Shown here piece by piece: positions 42,992-45,059 of a stretch of 45,059 nucleotides of DNA. The DNA is taken from assembly GCA_002772645.1 (NCBI GenBank), contig PFDK01000007.1:54852-99910 (forward strand), read 5' to 3'. A program made the translations under genes and the position numbers. Source of the DNA: Candidatus Pacebacteria bacterium CG10_big_fil_rev_8_21_14_0_10_56_10 (GTDB lineage Bacteria > Patescibacteriota > Microgenomatia > UBA1400 > PJMF01). The notes beneath the pieces were generated by a model. It worked only from the letters and a program-made list of their open reading frames with translations. It made no database searches and was not told where the DNA came from. Numbering within the stretch: position 1 is the first letter of the stretch; each line of letters starts with the position of its first letter.

Positions 42992-43122
42992 AGTGCTGTG
43001 GGGCGGTGCTTTAGGAACTGATGTTTAAGTGGAACATCGTGAACGACGTTAGAACTATTATAAGAGAAATAACTGTTGAGATCTATATTCCGAATTTAGA
43101 ACCAGTAAACCTGGTTTAACTA

Positions 43123-43151
43123 TTGTTGGGGCTTTATTTCAGACATATACT
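43123..43151 (+). promoter_or_regulatory. Promoter candidate TTGTTG - 17 nt - TATACT, 6 nt upstream of the ATG at 43158
   Basis: The plus strand reads TTGTTGgggctttatttcagacaTATACTgaattcATG. Confidence 0.45.
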
Positions 43152-43157
43152 GAATTC

Positions 43158-44294
43158 ATGGAATCAATTTTTACTAATCACAAAGAAAAAGTACTTAAAA
43201 ATTCAGAAAGAATTGACTTCGAAGTTAAGAACAAAGGGGTTTATCTTATTAGTATCTCAGCCAAAACTAAAGACGAAAAGCAGCTAAGTGGTACCGATGA
43301 CGAAGATTTGAGAATTGAAATTGATAGCCGAAAGTTCCCATTACTTAGCAATCAACAAAGATATTTTGACAGTCCAGCAGCTTTTTCTGGAGGAGCCACT
43401 CACGGGTTAACTAAGGTTGTGTTCTTTATTCTGTGGTTAGATACAGGGTTTCATAACTTGTACTTAATTCCAGATATTGCAGCTACAGTTGTGAGTACAG
43501 AAGTCAGACAGCTTGATAAGAATTCTACTTTAAATGAATTCAGTTTACCCTTGAATTTGACAGCAGAAGATGGAGACAGGAGGGACTGGATAACATTTGT
43601 TTTGGTTGATGCTAATTTGGGATCATTTACTCCAGAGTTGGTTTTAAAACGTAGATTTTTTGATAGCGATGATATCAAGATTACAATTGATGACTCAGTA
43701 AAACAAGCTCATTACAACAAACGTCAAAAACTATGGTATTTTGTGGCTTCCCTATTTAGAGGTGAACAACAAAGTGAAGAGTTTAAAGTTAACTTGTCCA
43801 TGGGCACGCATTACATTGAATTTGCTGCTGACAGAACTCCGACATTAAAATCAATGCATTTTTCGAACTTAACATTTAGAGTCCCTACAACCATTCAGGA
43901 AAAAATAGAATATCGAGCAAACCAGCATGGACTGGATCCCAAGATTATGATCAGACTGGCAAAACGTGAATCACAATTTAATCCCAAAGCAACCTCGCTG
44001 GTGGGAGCTAAAGGCCTTTATCAGTTGACTGAAATTACTATCAGGCAAATTAAAGAATTGGGTTTCAAAATAACAGACCCCTACAATATAGATCAAAATA
44101 TTCAGGGAGCGTTCATTTATTTTGAGTGGCTGTACAAGCGTTACGAAGGAGAAAAAAATCAAATTGAGAAAACCTTAGCTGCATGGAATTACGGTTTAGC
44201 TCATATTCCTCAAAACGAACCCCTAGATTTTGATAAGTTACCAAAAGAAACGAAGAACCTTATTAATGATGTGCTGGGGGATCATGATTTTTAA
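43158..44294 (+). CDS. Protein with two N-terminal beta-rich modules and a C-terminal family-1 lytic transglycosylase (SLT) domain
   Basis: SLT motifs AKRESQFNPKA (catalytic Glu-Ser), GAKGLYQLTE, and AAWNYG. No signal peptide. About 30% GC. Confidence 0.7.
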   Translation: MESIFTNHKEKVLKNSERIDFEVKNKGVYLISISAKTKDEKQLSGTDDEDLRIEIDSRKFPLLSNQQRYFDSPAAFSGGATHGLTKVVFFILWLDTGFHNLYLIPDIAATVVSTEVRQLDKNSTLNEFSLPLNLTAEDGDRRDWITFVLVDANLGSFTPELVLKRRFFDSDDIKITIDDSVKQAHYNKRQKLWYFVASLFRGEQQSEEFKVNLSMGTHYIEFAADRTPTLKSMHFSNLTFRVPTTIQEKIEYRANQHGLDPKIMIRLAKRESQFNPKATSLVGAKGLYQLTEITIRQIKELGFKITDPYNIDQNIQGAFIYFEWLYKRYEGEKNQIEKTLAAWNYGLAHIPQNEPLDFDKLPKETKNLINDVLGDHDF

Positions 44295-44967
44295 TTTCTT
44301 AGCATCTACTATTATTTTATCTTTTATTCTTTTTCCTTTACCTACACTAACTATTGGCAAAACTAATGCCTGGAACACTGAAAACATCGTTCAAGAGGAG
44401 GAAATTGAGGTAGATCCGATTGGTTTTAAAATAGGCAATGAACAGTATGAAAAATATAAAAAAACAACCCTACCAACAATTCAATATTTATCTCTCGATC
44501 TGAATGGGAACAACATAAACGAAGAAATAGTTATTAAATCGCACCCAGGGTTCCCTGGTGATCAAAATACTGAAATCTATATTAACTCAAATTCTCAACC
44601 AACGTTAACGGAGGTGGGGGTCTTTTACGCCTTAAATGTTCATAAAATAGACAATGAAGACAACCATATAACTGAGTTACAACTTCAAACCGGACAATCT
44701 CTTAATACACTTTTTTACTCATATCAAGATGGAAAACTAAAAAAAATTCCAGTTTCTACAGACAATCCTTCATCTTGGCATGGAATAGTAAGTAGAAATA
44801 TTCCTGAGTTTAGAGACATTGATAACGATGGATCAGTAGAACTTTTGGTCTATTACAACTTCCTGAATGATCCTATCAGAGCAGTTGAAGTCTATAAATA
44901 TGTTGGTGATTCTTTTAATTTGATCCAAAAATACGAAGAAGAAGTGTCGAGACGCACATTTAATTAA
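44284..44967 (+). CDS. Membrane-anchored protein with FG-GAP/VCBS-like Ca-binding-type motifs
   Basis: The likely start is the ATG at 44284 (MIFNFLASTIILSFILFPLP, a TM helix), overlapping the upstream gene's end. Motifs are LDLNGNNINEEIVI and DIDNDGSVELLVY. About 30% GC. Confidence 0.5.
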   Translation: MIFNFLASTIILSFILFPLPTLTIGKTNAWNTENIVQEEEIEVDPIGFKIGNEQYEKYKKTTLPTIQYLSLDLNGNNINEEIVIKSHPGFPGDQNTEIYINSNSQPTLTEVGVFYALNVHKIDNEDNHITELQLQTGQSLNTLFYSYQDGKLKKIPVSTDNPSSWHGIVSRNIPEFRDIDNDGSVELLVYYNFLNDPIRAVEVYKYVGDSFNLIQKYEEEVSRRTFN

Positions 44968-45003
44968 GCAAGTACTCCGTCTTTTTAACAATCTCTAGGG
45001 TAT

Positions 45004-45059
45004 ATGACGCCACAACAGTATTTTGTCATTATGAAGACTAGAAAATTACAGGATAAAGA
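45004..45059 (+). CDS. Start of a further low-GC ORF, truncated by the window end
   Basis: ATG at 45004, then MTPQQYFVIMKTRKLQDK with no stop before the window ends. It is too short to classify. Confidence 0.25.
   Translation, partial: MTPQQYFVIMKTRKLQDK

Overview
This is a dense bacterial chromosomal segment. Hand-counted 60-nt lines in the core give about 50-70% GC. I saw no rRNA, CRISPR array, transposase or integrase. Nearly everything is housekeeping. Left to right: a divergently transcribed hypothetical gene missing from the ORF track (1-1426, minus); a type IV pilus block (two tandem PilX-like minor pilins, then pilM-pilN-pilO); a minus-strand run recG-rpmF-nusB-(ACP-like)-rnc-rpsP-KH; tyrS; a class A PBP; an O-antigen-ligase-like membrane protein; infC-rpmI-rplT-pheS-pheT; tRNA-Val(GAC); trigger factor; a DUF62-like gene; tRNA-Cys(GCA); miaB-miaA; an AI-2E transporter; RNase P RNA with its own promoter and terminator; uppP; comM; gap; pyrH; a FemAB-family gene; pcrA/uvrD; tpiA; a PEGA/SH3b lipoprotein; lon; and a mycoredoxin-like gene. 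The last ~2 kb (from about 43000) drops to about 30% GC and encodes a lytic-transglycosylase protein and an FG-GAP-like membrane protein. Several proteins are domain-reduced: trigger factor lacks its PPIase domain, MiaB lacks TRAM, PheT lacks the B2 OB-fold, and NusB is short. With a secretin-less pilMNO set, this suggests (inference only) a small-genome, monoderm-type organism, possibly Patescibacteria/CPR-like. I found no clear-cut new multi-gene system. The items most worth a second look are: (1) an AlaX-type editing domain fused in frame to PheS, paired with the B2-less PheT; (2) the tandem PilX-like paralogs with conserved ends, divergent cores and QAGQ-repeat leaders; (3) an exactly 11-bp-phased heptamer array inside a 458-bp non-coding gap; (4) -10 boxes lying 6-10 nt upstream of start codons at nine genes, which implies leaderless mRNAs; (5) the low-GC island at the right edge; (6) recurrent in-frame G-Q-x / low-complexity expansions inside conserved proteins.
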